A stretch of DNA of 64,000 bases from Macrostomum hystrix (Eukaryota > Animalia > Platyhelminthes): NCBI GenBank assembly GCA_950097015.1, contig CATNEN010000034.1, forward strand, positions 2,356,001 through 2,420,000, read 5' to 3'. Below the pieces are notes generated by a model, which was not told where the DNA came from, made no database searches, and was given only the letters and a program-made list of their open reading frames with translations. Both the position numbers and the translations under genes were made by a program. Below are positions 25,325 to 53,744 of this stretch, piece by piece (the first letter of the stretch is position 1; the number at the start of each line of letters is the position of its first letter).

Positions 25325-25600
25325 TTGAGTGACGGACCGATCGAAGGTCTCGAAACCGCGGCGAGGTTAAATTTCTTCGGGAGTAACCCCAAAGAGAGGG
25401 CTTGCCGTGCAATTTACGCATTTGAGGGCCAATCTCCAGCGCACAGTGAAAGTGTACACTGACAAAGTCAGGGCAGATGAAGACACCTGTGCGAGCGTAT
25501 GCCTGCGTGCGGTATGGGCAGAATAGCGTCCATCACTGGCTGCGGGTCAAGTGTCACCAAATGATGTGCCATTGCCCGCCGCCCTCGTGCAATTAGTAAT
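25325..25600 (+). mobile_element. Third member of the SINE family
   Basis: Shares AATTTACGC..TTGAGGGCCAA.CTCCA and ATGGGCAGAAT...CTGGCTGCGGGTC..GTGTCACCAA.TGATGTGCC..TGCCCGC.GCCCTC.TGCAA with 8951-9264. Confidence 0.7.
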
Positions 25601-26334
25601 TTTTTCTTATCCCCAGAGAGAAGGCTTTAAAGAGGAACGTCTTGCAGTCTACGCAGATTTATACAAATTTCCGAGGCACATTGAGAGCGTTTTGTATGTT
25701 TCTGGCAACTCAATACCAACTGAACTGCAAATATACGACAATAAGGATTTTTAATCAGTTTCTTTATATTTAACATTGCAACTACTAGTTGCAACAACTG
25801 CGTGCAGAACTGACCCATTATGAACAGTCAAATATACAAAATAGAGCACGATGCGTCAAAGGGAAATTCAGAAAGCGAAAACGGCAATATTTGATTGCAT
25901 TTTTCTCGACTATTGAATTTTGATTCAATAAAATGGCTTAAGAGAATCAATAAGCCCCATTACCTTATAGGTCGAAGAGCAGTGAAAACCTAGCGCTGAA
26001 TGAGAGGTAGATTCAAATGAATAAGCTAAGGTGAGTGTGGCCGAAGGATGATGAGAGAAAATCTGAAACCCAGATTGAGACGACACTGTGTGGCAAGAGA
26101 GGACATGTAAAGTGCGAAATTACACTCACGACACCAGCCAGATGCGACTACGTAGACAAAAGGTGCACGCTGAAAAGACGATACGAGTATATGTACACTG
26201 TTATGCAGGTATAGATTTACAATAGAAAAACTTTGTGTCTGGACTGTCATAGCAACAAACGCTTTAGCAACATTAGCAAACCTTTCAATTCCATTATTTA
26301 TATTCCGAATGAGCATTGCCACAGGTCTCTACCG

Positions 26335-41454
<15,120 letters not shown>

Positions 41455-42707
41455 TTTTCAACTCTTCTAAAACTACTTAGAAGTTTAGTTGCTTTACAAA
41501 CAGTCGAGATAGTGGCTGAGTTATTTCTGCTTGTCTGGTGTTCTTGAGTCGATCGTATTTAGCCTCTGGGGTCCCTTCTCTGCCTGGATGCCGTGCAGCT
41601 TAACTGGCATTGGCCAAGCTCATTGCCGGCCTTTCAGCCAATCCGCGGTCGCCAGGCCCTTAGCCCTTAGTTATACATCCCATTACCAGAAAAGAAAACT
41701 CATATTTATTTGCGTGTGTGTGTTTTCTTGCGTGCCAAAAGCAAAACTGTCATTCACTTTCCCTGTTACCGCGAGTCCACCCTACTTCCACATCTTCTTC
41801 ACACTGGTACTCACAAATGCAACAGGGCAAAAAAACTGTTTGGACAATGGGACCCCATATAGTGGGGGGGGTGTAGGGAAACAACAAGTTTAGCAAAGCC
41901 ACACCATTACACTCTACCAGGGTCTAGCACAACAGTCAAACACTCAAATTCCATTCTACAACTCACTCACTCCACTAGAAGAGGGTAAGTCGATTGACTT
42001 TCTCCGCGTCTGTTCCCATGCCGTCCCATTCCCCATTCTCGACACTATTTCCTAGAAAAAATCCATTTTCCTGTCCCTCTCTGCGTTAGCGCATGCTGAA
42101 GAATGTAGTTGGTTTTCTTCATACACACTTGCCAAGCCATACGAGTTCTTAAATACATGCTTCAATTGTATCTTTTTCTTTCTTGCAATGTTCAACTATT
42201 ATAAGCCAGACAACTAACTTCTGTTGAAATTCCCGTAGGCTACATGAAATGTGAAAAAATCTATCTGGCGTGGTCGTGATCGTTAAAAAAGGATTTCGTT
42301 TTCACTTCCAATTAAAAATGAATAACTTTTAGTAGGCTTGCTTTAGTAGACTTGAAGCCCCGAGCTCCAGTCTTGCATTGAAGTTTCCGGGTTTGACGTA
42401 AATTTCCCGGGTTTGACGTAAATTTATCACGAAAAATATACAAGATCGTAGCTAAAAACTCAGCTAAAAGATGGTTTATACTTGTAGAAACAGTGAAAGG
42501 TTTGACCATAGACTATATCATAAGACTGTGCGACTCGAGGGTTAAGAAAATATAAATATTTAGCACTAGAATGATGCTTATTTTAATATTCTTCGCTTTC
42601 TTTAGGCTGTAATTTTTGTACCATGTCAGCTTTCAAATTCAAAGCAAAGGAAAACAGGCAATAACTAATCCACATAATGGGCCTTCCCGGACACGAATGA
42701 TATAGTA

Positions 42708-43075
42708 ATAAACGGCTATGAGTGCTGCAATGTTTTTAACCGAGGGCGCGTAGCGCCCGAGGTTTAAAACTTTGCAGTACGAATAGCCGTTTATCACTGG
42801 CATTGTATACTTTTGGACCACAGACAGTTGGGGCGTGCAACAATCAGTCTCACGGAGCGGATATAGCCAGCGGTCTCGCGGGGCGTGCAGCAATCGATTA
42901 TTTTGTCGATTGGTGCACGCCCGAAATGTCTATGGTCCAAAAGTAGACCGCCTGACTTAGGGCAGCAAGAGAACTCAGTTTGGGGAAGGCTGTAAGACCC
43001 CGCATAGTGTGGGCGAAATAATCCGAGCTGGCGGGGTTCGGGACATAGACAGTAAAGGCGTGCAACAATCAGGCT
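42708..43075. other. Composite palindromic element: 42-bp-arm hairpin plus TIR-bounded mini-element
   Basis: Arms 42708-42749 / 42753-42794 match at 35 of 42 positions with a 3-nt loop. Arms 42808-42845 / 42908-42945 form a ~38-bp inverted repeat. A partial third arm copy lies near 43045-43073. Confidence 0.75.
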
Positions 43076-44264
43076 TCATTAGTGGCTGGGAAAAAACCCC
43101 TCCAAAAGTGTACAATGAGTTTGTGAAACTGCATCGCGTGGCGTCTAATTCAATCTGGAATCGAAAACGCAAATTATTGAGACAAAGCCAGTCTCAAAGA
43201 AAGCTAACGACACAACAGAAGCAGTTTGAGCAGTGGCTAATTCACTAATAGCAATATAGCTGTATGACTGCACACAGAGGTGACACACTTTGGTCATGAA
43301 ACTTTATGACCCCTTGCAGCGAGAAATGAAGGAGTTGGAGCAGGGTGGGGAGGCAATAAAAACTACAGAAACTGCTGGTCCAGACCTTGCTGGGCAGCCC
43401 CGACTCGCTGAATATTAGTAGGTGCGCATAGGTGAGAGAGAAGACTTTAAGACTGAGTATAGAAGCAAGGATTCCCGATTCTAAGTAAAGGAAGTTGCAA
43501 ATCATGTATGCGCAAGTTTAGCCATAGTATTGTTGTCACTGAGACAGGGGCTGTATTATAGGGCTACAAGTCCTGACGGAGTACAGGTCAGGATGGCACA
43601 TTTCAAATACAATGCATGTATGGGGGGCCTCTCATGACTTCTCAATAAAATATTGGAGCAGGGCTCGCACCCCACCCGACACCCGCAGCTAGATTGGGGC
43701 GGTCAGTTTCAGCTGGTCAGTGACGAATATTTATGGCAGGGCGTGGGTGAACAATTGCAACACGTGTTTCTCCTGAACAATGGTGAGTATGGGATTTTGT
43801 TCCTTGGGCCGGGTGAATAATAAAATAAGGGAGAAAATGTTTTAACGTAATGATAAGAAAGGCCTTATAAAATGTGGAGCACACCAAAAGATTAACAACA
43901 TGTATTGACGCATATGTACTGCAAATATCGAACTTGAAATGTGGGAAACATAATCTGGATACAGAAGCCAATTTCCTATTTTTTTCCTCAGACTCCAATA
44001 ACTGCAAGAATCGAATATCCGCTTAAGATCCCAGGCTTAGTTTTAGTGCACGCACATGGCCTCGAGTCGAGCTAATTGGATATTGCAAACCGATCTCTGA
44101 TGGGATATGCAAACTGCACCCCGTCTTAAAGTGTCTCCTCAGTGGTGCCTATCTCTGTGAGAAGCTATTTGATTTCTGAATTCCACTGTTTGTGCTGCCT
44201 TTCAGCTTAGCCTACTGTGGAACACTGTTTCTCTGCTGATCATATATTGCATCTCAATTTATGG

Positions 44265-46628
44265 GTCCTGTGTACTGTCCACTGCCTTCCCTGTCCACTG
44301 CCTTCCCTGTCCTGCGCCTTCCCTGTCCTGTGCCTTCCCTGTCCTGTGCCTTCCCTGTCCTGTGCCTTCCCTGTCCTGTGCCTTCCCTGTCCTGTGCCTT
44401 CCCTGTCCTGTTGCCTTCCCTGTCCTGTGCCTTCCCTGTCCTGTGCCTTCCCTGTCCTGTGCCTTCCCTGTCCTGTGCCTTCCCTGTCCTGCGCCTTCCC
44501 TGTCCTGTGCCTTCCCTGTCCTGCGCCTTCCCTGTCCTGTGCCTTCCCTGTCCTGTGCCTTCCCTGTCCTGCGCCTTCCCTGTCCTGTGCCTTCCCTGTC
44601 CTGTGCCTTCCCTGTCCTGCGCCTTCCCTGTCCTGTGCCTTCCCTGTCCTGTTGCCTTCCCTGTCCTGCGCCTTCCCTGTCCTGTGCCTTCCCTGTCCTG
44701 TTGCCTTCCCTGTCCTGCGCCTTCCCTGTCCTGTGCCTTCCCTGTCCTGTGCCTTCCCTGTCCTGCGCCTTCCCTGTCCTGTGCCTTCCCTGTCCTATGC
44801 CTTATCTGTCCTGTTGCCTTATCTGTCCTGTTGCCTTATCTGTCCTGTTGCCTTCTCTGTCCTATGCCTTATCTGTCCTGTTGCCTTCCCTGTCCTATGC
44901 CTTATCTGTCCTGTTGCCTTATCTGTCCTGTTGCCTTATCTGTCCTGTTGCCTTCTCTGTCCTATGCCTTATCTGTCCTGTTGCCTTCCCTGTCCTGTTG
45001 CCTTCTCTGTCCTGTGCCTTCCCTGTCCTGTTGCCTTCTCTGTCCTGTGCCTTCCCTGTCCTGTTGCCTTATCTGTCCTGTGCCTTCCCTGTCCTGTGCC
45101 TTCCCTGTCCTGCGCTTTCCCTGTCCACTGCCTTCCCTGTCCTGTGCCTTCCCTGTCCTGTGCCTTCCCTGTCCTGCGCCTTCCCTGTCCTGTGCCTTCC
45201 CTGTCCAGCGCCTTCCCTGTCCTGTGCCTTCCCTGTCCTGCGCTTTCCCTGTCCACTGCCTTCCCTGTCCTGTGCCTTCCCTGTCCACTGCCTTCCCTGT
45301 CCTGTTGCCTTCCCTGTCCTGTGCCTTCCCTGTCCAGCGCCTTCCCTGTCCTGCGCCTTCCCTGTCCTGTGCCTTCCCTGTCCAGCGCCTTCCCTGTCCT
45401 GTGCCTTCCCTGTCCTGCGCTTTCCCTGTTCACTGCCTTCCCTGTCCTGTGCCTTCCCTGTCCACTGCCTTCCCTGTCCTGTTGCCTTCCCTGTCCTGTG
45501 CCTTCCCTGTCCAGCGCCTTCCCTGTCCTGTGCCTTCCCTGTCCTGCGCTTTCCCTGTCCACTGCCTTCCCTGTCCTGTGCCTTCCCTGTCCACTGCCTT
45601 CCCTGTCCTGTTGCCTTCCCTGTCCTGTGCCTTCCCTGTCCTGTGCCTTCCCTGTCCTGTGCCTTCCCTGTCCTGCGCCTTCCCTGTCCTGCGCCTTCCC
45701 TGTCCTGTGCCTTCCCTGTCCTGTGCCTTCCCTGTCCTGCGCCTTCCCTGTCCTGTGCCTTCCCTGTCCTATGCCTTATCTGTCCTGTTGCCTTATCTGT
45801 CCTGTTGCCTTATCTGTCCTGTTGCCTTCTCTGTCCTATGCCTTATCTGTCCTGTTGCCTTCCCTGTCCTTTGCCTTCCCTGTCCTATGCCTTCCCTGTC
45901 CTATGCCTTATCTGTCCTGTTGCCTTCCCTGTCCTGTGCCTTCCCTGTCCTGCGCTTTCCCTGTCCTGTGCCTTCCCTGTCCTGTTGCCTTCCCTGTCCT
46001 GTGCCTTCCCTGTCCTGCGCCTTCCCTGTCCTGTGCCTTCCCTGTCCAGCGCCTACCCTGTCCTGTGCCTTCCCTGTCCTGCGCTTTCCCTGTCCACTGC
46101 CTTCCCTGTCCTGTGCCTTCCCTGTCCAGCGCCTTCCCTGTCCTGTGCCTTCCCTGTCCTGCGCTTTCCCTGTCCACTGCCTTCCCTGTCCTGTGCCTTC
46201 CCTGTCCACTGCCTTCCCTGTCCTGTTGCCTTCCCTGTCCTGTGCCTTCCCTGTCCTGTGCCTTCCCTGTCCTGAGCCTTCCCTGTCCTGCGCCTTCCCT
46301 GTCCTGCGCCTTCCCTGTCCTGTGCCTTCCCTGTCCTGTGCCTTCCCTGTCCTGCGCCTTCCCTGTCCTGTGCCTTCCCTGTCCTGCGCCTTCCCTGTCC
46401 TGTGCCTTCCCTGTCCTATGCCTTATCTGTCCTGTTGCCTTATCTGTCCTGTTGCCTTATCTGTCCTGTTGCCTTCTCTGTCCTATGCCTTATCTGTCCT
46501 GTTGCCTTCCCTGTCCTGTTGCCTTCTCTGTCCTGTGCCTTCCCTGTCCTGTTGCCTTCTCTGTCCTGTGCCTTCCCTGTCCTGTTGCCTTATCTGTCCT
46601 GTTGCCTTCCCTGTCCTGTGCCTTCCCT
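44265..46628. repeat. 16-bp pyrimidine-rich satellite (GCCTTCCCTGTCCTGT)n, about 2.4 kb
   Basis: Visible array with 17-bp variants; overlapping ORFs show a 16-aa period. Confidence 0.97.
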
Positions 46629-48599
46629 CTCCATCTTCATACTCCCGCCTAGACTGCCCTTCAGCGACTGTAACTCTCAGCGGAGTTCATCTCTCAAGCC
46701 TGGAACAGGATCAGGGATTTTCAGGAGCCGGCATCTTGGCGGCCTGTAGATTGCAAAGTCAGATTGCACGCAGAAGAGGTGCAACAAATTAGCTCAGGTA
46801 AATTGATGCGGTCGCATTAGTTAGCCCTCTGGCAGTTCCATCGCAAACTAGAAGATGTGCGTATGTTACACCTAAGGCCTTGGTTGGTAATGAGGCCTCA
46901 TAATCGTAAAATAATTAGGCAAACCTGTTGCACAGTGGAATTGTATACGTGGGCATAGCTTGGTGTTAACACTCCTAAGAACACAAACACGCAGGCGCAC
47001 AAGCAGCAATTAGGAAGCCAAAGCAAACACTTGAAGCAAAAAAAACCAAAACGAAGATACTATCTTCATTGTAGGACAGTAAAGCCTACTAGATCTGGAA
47101 AATTGATGGCAGAATCCTAATCCCATGCGATTATCCTCACCGGACAAAAAGAGAAAATTAAATTTAAACAAAAATTAATTCCCGATTCGCAAATTTTTGG
47201 ATTCAATCAACTGATGATGCTGACGCCTACTGAGATTTGAGCACTGCTCAATGTCACAGATTAGAGATTACAGATGACAGGTAGAACACGAAAAGGGATG
47301 AGATTAAATGAAATTACATAATTTTTTTTCAAGAGAAAACTAGATTTAGCTTTTTATTCGATGGAAAAATAGTTCTACAAACTTTATCCTCTTCGTCCAG
47401 AAATGGATAGTCTGGCACTAAAAATGACCCCCAACTCCACTTAACTTCATGCAGTAATGAAAATTCTACAAAAAATCCCTATAATTTAGACAATATAACA
47501 GCGATTAGAATTGAAATAAACACAGCATAAATATAAACAGCTACATATATAGAGAGAAGTGCACTGCCTGGCAATAAGCACCCCTGACTCCGGGTAGCAA
47601 CCAAACACCGGATAAGTATTATGATCCCAAGATCTGGCCATCCTGATACATCCAATACCAATGCAAAAATTCCTATGGCACAACCTGCCAGACAGACAAA
47701 GAGGTGACTATTGGGATCACGAGATGAGGCACCACGGCACCCCCCCCAGCGCCAAGATAAGGAAATCAGAGATCTATGGGAGAGCATGCATTCAGCCCTC
47801 ACTACTTCAGTCGCGGTTTAAAACTCTTAAAATCATCTTTCGGACACTCTCCCATGGTGTATCCGATCTGCCATACCCGGCCTCCTTATCATCATACTAT
47901 ACCCAGCTTTACGAATCAGGTAAGGAAAATTTTAATGACGACGGCCCAGACGCTTCTGCTGCTGTTGCAGCCGCAGATGCAGCTGGTTCGTCTGGCGGTT
48001 CGGATTCTGGAACAAAGAGCTCCCACCCACCCACCCACCCGCCAGGTCTGGAGGCGATCGTCTGGATAAAGATCTGACGATCTGGACGGATGACGAAGCG
48101 CAAGGCCCCGCGGGCTTCAATCTAAAGTTATGATTTGGCTTTCAAAACTACACGGCTATGGCTGGCCCAAGCCTTTGGCTTTAATGAGGTAGCTTTATTA
48201 AGGGGGCTGGTAGAGGGGTTCCGAAGGGTCTGAGAGGGCCCAGACTAACTAACAGGGAATCAATTCCTCATTCTAGAAATGTGAAAGCAACAAAGACACA
48301 AAACTGGCATTAAACAAACTTTGGACACAGTGGGGCTCGCACTACAGACCTTAACGTAAACAGACTAAATTAAAAATATTAATATATATATATATATTGG
48401 ACGCAGGATTTTCATTTTTCGCTTTCAATAGCAAACTTTTTTTCCAGAAAAAAAATTTTACTTTGAAATCGCGCAATTTTATAAACCCCGAAATGAGAAG
48501 CTTTTTGAATTACCGTTTAATTCAATTTTGTTCTTTAACTTTCCTGCGCCTTGTCAGCGAAATGGAATCTCTGCTAATTTTAATCTAATTTTATTAACT

Positions 48600-49582
48600 T
48601 CCTGTGACTCTACCTAACCTCCACTAACTCTACCTCTCTTCCACTCACTCTACCTCTCCTCCACTCACTCTACCTCTCCTCCACTCACTCTACCTCTCCT
48701 CCACTCACTCTACCTCTCCTCCACTCACTCTACCTCTCCTCCACTCACTCTACCTCTCCTCCACTCACTCTACCTCTCCTCCACTCACTCTACCTCTCCT
48801 CCACTCACTCTACCTCTCCTCCACTCACTCTACCTCTCCTCCACTCACTCTACCTCTCCTCCACTCACTCTACCTCTCCTCCACTCACTCTACCTCTCCT
48901 CCACTCACTCTACCTCTCCTCCACTCACTCTACCTCTCCTCCACTCACTCTACCTCTCCTCCACTCACTCTACCTCTCCTCCACTCACTCTACCTCTCAT
49001 CCACTCACTCTACCTCTCCTCCACTCACTCTACCTCTCCTCCACTCACTCTACCTCTCCTCCACTCACTCTACCTCTCCTCCACTCAATCTACCTCTCCT
49101 CCACTCACTCTACCTCTCCTCCACTCACTCTACCTCTCCTCCACTCACTCTACCTCTCCTCCACTCACTCTACCTCTCCTCCACTCACTCTACCTCTCCT
49201 CCACTCACTCTACCTCTCCTCCACTCACTCTACCTCTCCTCCACTCACTCTACCTCTCCTCCACTCACTCTACCTCTCCTCCACTCACTCTACCTCTCCT
49301 CCACTCACTCTACCTCTCCTCCACTCACTCTACCTCTCCTCCACTCACTCTACCTCTCCTCCACTCACTCTACCTCTCCTCCACTCACTCTACCTCTCCT
49401 CCACTCACTCTACCTCTCCTCCACTCACTCTACCTCTCCTCCACTCACTCTACCTCTCCTCCACTCACTCTACCTCTCCTCCACTCACTCTACCTCTCCT
49501 CCACTCACTCTACCTCTCCTCCACTCACTCTACCTCTCCTCCATTCAATCTACCTCTCCTCCACTCACTCTACCTCTCCTCC
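48600..49582. repeat. Highly homogeneous 20-bp satellite (CCACTCACTCTACCTCTCCT)n
   Basis: About 49 units with only a few substitutions; no G on the + strand in the homogeneous core. Confidence 0.98.
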
Positions 49583-50742
49583 TTTGACTTAGCGGCAGGG
49601 AGCCTCCATGACGGACGCAGCGAGGAGGCGGCCGGTGCCGCCCATATCGCTAACCCCTGGCAGACCTCTCCTCCTCACACTCTACCTCTCCTCCACTCAC
49701 TCTACTTTACATCCCACACCCTACTTCTAATTATCTCAGTCTACCCCTTGTCTACCCACTCTGAGATTCCATTTAATAGGGGATCACGTGCCTCAAACTG
49801 CCTTGCATGGCGGCCGACGCTCATGAAAATATGATTTTTTATATTCTGTGTCCCAATGACTCACTGACTCCCACAGCGTAAGGCGCCGTCGATATCGTGA
49901 CTGAAGATATTTTATGTATAATTTTCGACAGACAGCAATTTACATATACATATTCGCGTAGACATATAGTTGTCTGTGAACAGATAGGCGCCCAGTATGC
50001 TTAACAATTCTCCCATGGGGTGTAGGAAAAAATCTATAAATTTTAGCCGCAACATTTACTCAGCCAAGCTGTTGCAATTCAATCCAGCCTGAAACCGAAA
50101 TTTTACAGCTTCGCTTGCCATTGCTTCTTGTGAATCCCATTGCCGAAGGACTAGCTAGCATCCCAGGCCGCAGTTATCAATGCCGTTAATCTCTGTGAAA
50201 GCCTTTCAACTTGATTACGTCATTAGTACGCCGCTGCAAGAGATGCTGCGGAGAGAATCTTTATCGGCGCTGCACGGCCCTCTCAAACATTCCACAGCCG
50301 CCTGTTATCCACTGCGATGAAGCCAGCTTTGCGGGACTCGAGTGTTCGAGTGTCAAGATCACAATAATTGGCCAGATAGTTCCTGACTGTAGGCGATTAA
50401 CGCATCAAATATATAATTTCGTAGTCGTCAAACGAGATTACAATGCAGTTACGCAGAATGCACTTTCCGCTTCCATTTGTGTTTAAGACTTTCAATTTAG
50501 AATCAGGCGGAACGAATATTGCAAAGAACTCAATTCTTTGAAGTGTCGATAGCAAGACAATTTACATATTAGCTTAATCAATTTAACTACTATTAGTATT
50601 GAGATAAATGTTTGCTTGATTCTTAGATTATGCTAATTTTCAGAAACCTAAGTGGTTAAAAAGAAACTGAAAACTGTGTTGTAGTTCCCACGAAAACAAT
50701 TGCCAAAAACGATGTTTATTATGTTTTAGTTTGCCTCAAAAG

Positions 50743-51426
50743 CAGGGGTCAACAAAGTCCGCTAGCCAGACACCCTTTATCATCTGTCCTCCATATAATC
50801 TACCTCTCTTATCTCACCATGTCTCATCTCTCTCCCCTGTCTCATCTCTCTCCACTGTCTCATCTCTCCCTGTCTCATCTCTCTCCCCTGTCTCATCTCT
50901 CTCCCCTGTCTCATCTCTCCCTTGTCTCATCTCTCCCCACTGTCTCATCTCTCCCTGTCTCATCTCTCTCCCCTGTCTCATCTCTCTCCCCTGTCTCATC
51001 TCTCCCTTGTCTCATCTCTCCCCTCTCTCATCTCTCTCCCCTGTCTCATCTCTCTCCCCTGTCTCATCTCTCCCCTGTCTTATCTCTCCCCTGTCTCATC
51101 TCGCTCCTCTGTCTCATCTCTCCCTGTCTCATCTCTCTTCACTGTCTCATCTCTCTCCCCTGTCTCTTCTCTCCCCTATCTCATTTATCCCCTGTCTCAT
51201 CTCTCTCCACTGTCTCATCTCTCTTCTGTCTCATTTATCCCCTGTCTCATCTCTCCCGTCTCATCTCTCTCCCCTGTCTCATCTCTCTCCCCAGTCTCAT
51301 CTCTCCCCCTTTCTCATCTCTCCCTGTCTCATCCTCCCCTGTCTCATCTCTCCCCTGTCTCATCCTCCCCTGTCTCATCTCTCCCGTCTCAACCTCCCCT
51401 GTCTCATCTCTCCCCTGTCTCATCTC
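50743..51426 (-). mobile_element. GAGATGAGAC-family array with one hAT-like terminus
   Basis: CAGGGGTCAACAAAGTCCGCTAGCCAGA at 50743 resembles the reverse complement of the right end of the 35457 element. Array 50815-51426; the other end is not recognisable. Confidence 0.5.
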
Positions 51427-52184
51427 TTCAACTATCCGGTCCGCTTGTATCTCTTGAAGAAAAATGTGAAACACTGTAAAGAAAATATATCCGATTTTTT
51501 ATATGCTTTTCTGTTGAGATTTTTTGCCAACTATTATACTAACCAGTAGTATGTTTAGTGATGTATGCTTCAATATAATAACTTCTCTGCGCAGTGTTAA
51601 TAAACTGTTGTTCATACTAGGTCAATGTTGTTACTCGGCACGGAAAATGACCTTGTATCAGACTGCGGCAATCATACAAATATTAATGATTGATTATTCC
51701 AATATTAGCCTTTGTCACCAACTACAATACCAATTTAAATGCTTAAAAAACGTAATTACATTTAGTGTCTAGCTGGCATAAACTACCCGACTTGCGTCAT
51801 CAATCTATACTGAGAGGTCGTTGTCAAGCAAAGCTAGAAATTTTCAAGCCCGAATCTCAATATACTAGACTGTGTGACGGATGCCTGTCAACAAAGGCCA
51901 CAAGGTGAGCGATCAATTCTGGGATACAATAACTCTGAGCTGCTGCAGAAAATATCCATTAGTTTACGCTGTCTTTTGCGTAGCAACTGGCCAACAACAT
52001 ACTAACACCAATCTGCGAAAAAATATTGTTCTAAATTGCTGATACGCAATGTTTTTTAAGTCGATTTAAAAGTCAACTGAGTGTTCTTTCATTTTTGCTT
52101 TTTAATAAGTAAACCTCAATAACAATATATCTCAAAATAAAATAGAGGCAGAACCGAAGAGAGTAGGAAAGGGTAGACGACAGG

Positions 52185-52870
52185 GTAGAAGAGATGTAGG
52201 AAAAGAAGGGTTAGGAGAGAGTAGAAGAGGGTAGAAGAGGGAGTAGAAGAGGGTAGAAGAGGGTAGAAGAGGGAGTAGAAGAGGGTAGAAGAGAGAGTAG
52301 AAGAGGGTAGAAGAGAGAGTAGAAGAGTGTAGAAGAGGGTAGAAGAGGGAGTAGAAGAGGGTAGAAGAGAGATTAGAAGAGTGTAGAAGATAGAGTAGAA
52401 GAGGGTAGAAGAGAGAGTAGAAGAGTGTAGAAGATAGAGTAGAAGAGGGTAGAAGAGAGAGTAGAAGAGTGTAGAAGAGAGAGTAGAAGAGTGTAGAAGA
52501 TAGAGTAGAAGAGGGTAGAAGAGAGAGTAGAAGAGTGTAGAAGAGAGAGTAGAAGAGGGTAGAAGAGAGAGTAGAAGAGTGTAGAAGATAGAGTAGAAGA
52601 GGGTAGAAGAGGGTAGAAGAGGGAGTAGAAGAGGGTAGAAGAGAGAGTAGAAGAGGGTAGAAGAGAGAGTAGAAGATTGTAGAAGAGGGTAGAAGAGGGA
52701 GTAGAAGAGGGTAGAAGAGAGAGTAGAAGAGGTTAGAAGAGAGGGTAGAATACTGGGCAGAAGAGACCATAGAAGATAGGGTAGAAAAGAGGGTAGAAGA
52801 TGAGGATTTAAGAGAGAGTAGAACAGGGGAAGGAGAGTAGAGTTCAGAGGAGAAAGTAGACAAGAAGGTC
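52185..52870. repeat. 10/12-bp purine-rich satellite (GTAGAAGAGG / GTAGAAGAGAGA)n
   Basis: Visible array. Confidence 0.95.
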
Positions 52871-53744
52871 GATGGCACGAGTAGAAGAGAGTATAATAGA
52901 ATTAGAAGAGATAGTCCATAAGAGAACAGAACATCGATGGAGTCAGAAGCTATAGACGGTATAATTCTCGGTTTAATGTGTCAATCAAAGATCAACGCGT
53001 GTATGAAAGTGACAAATGGAAAAATGAAAGTTTATCCTATACCATTAAGAAAATAATAAAGAATATGTATTTCTACCAACTGTTAACGATTAAGAGTGAT
53101 TTAAAGAATCGATTTTTTGGCAGTCGTGAAGCATGTTTCGGAAACCATACCCCAAATGTTATTCCAAGCCATGAGTCACAATTTCGAAGCCATTAAAAGG
53201 TAGACCAAAGGCAAAAAATTGATGACAAAACTTGAAGAGACACAATAGGACACTGCTTTCCAGAAAGAAAGCTTGCGTTACTGTCGCGCTTATTCTTGGT
53301 TTTTCTAAATAAACTTGAAGTGACAGCTCTATTTGAACGGCTGCGCGCTGGCCCACTGAACCGCATGAATTGCTTCTGTATTTGCTGCGTCTGCGCGTAA
53401 TACTAGAATCGTGTTTTTCTCTTTTAAAAGAAAGTTGGCAGCTGGTTCTCTAGAACTTAATTGACATCTTTGCGCAGTCTTTTAAACTGTCGTCTTTCTC
53501 GTTTTTAAAGAAAAAACTCGATTAGGTAATAAGGGGCATTATTACTTGAAAACCAAAGGCATTACGAAAACTATGCCGTCTATTCGAGGCTTGGAAAATA
53601 TGGGAAATTATGAATTAAAAAGTTTTATACATGCTTACCCACGTATCTGATTATGTTTTAACAAATGTTTTATGGAATCCAAGAACCTTTGCAATTTAAT
53701 GACCGAATTTTGCGAATATCAGATTCTTGGGAACAAGGGAATTA

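Noticed and set aside
44217-46792. Very long Cys/Pro-rich ORFs (811, 843 and 637 aa)
   Set aside because: Translations of a 16-bp satellite lacking stops in several frames; no domain or splice context.
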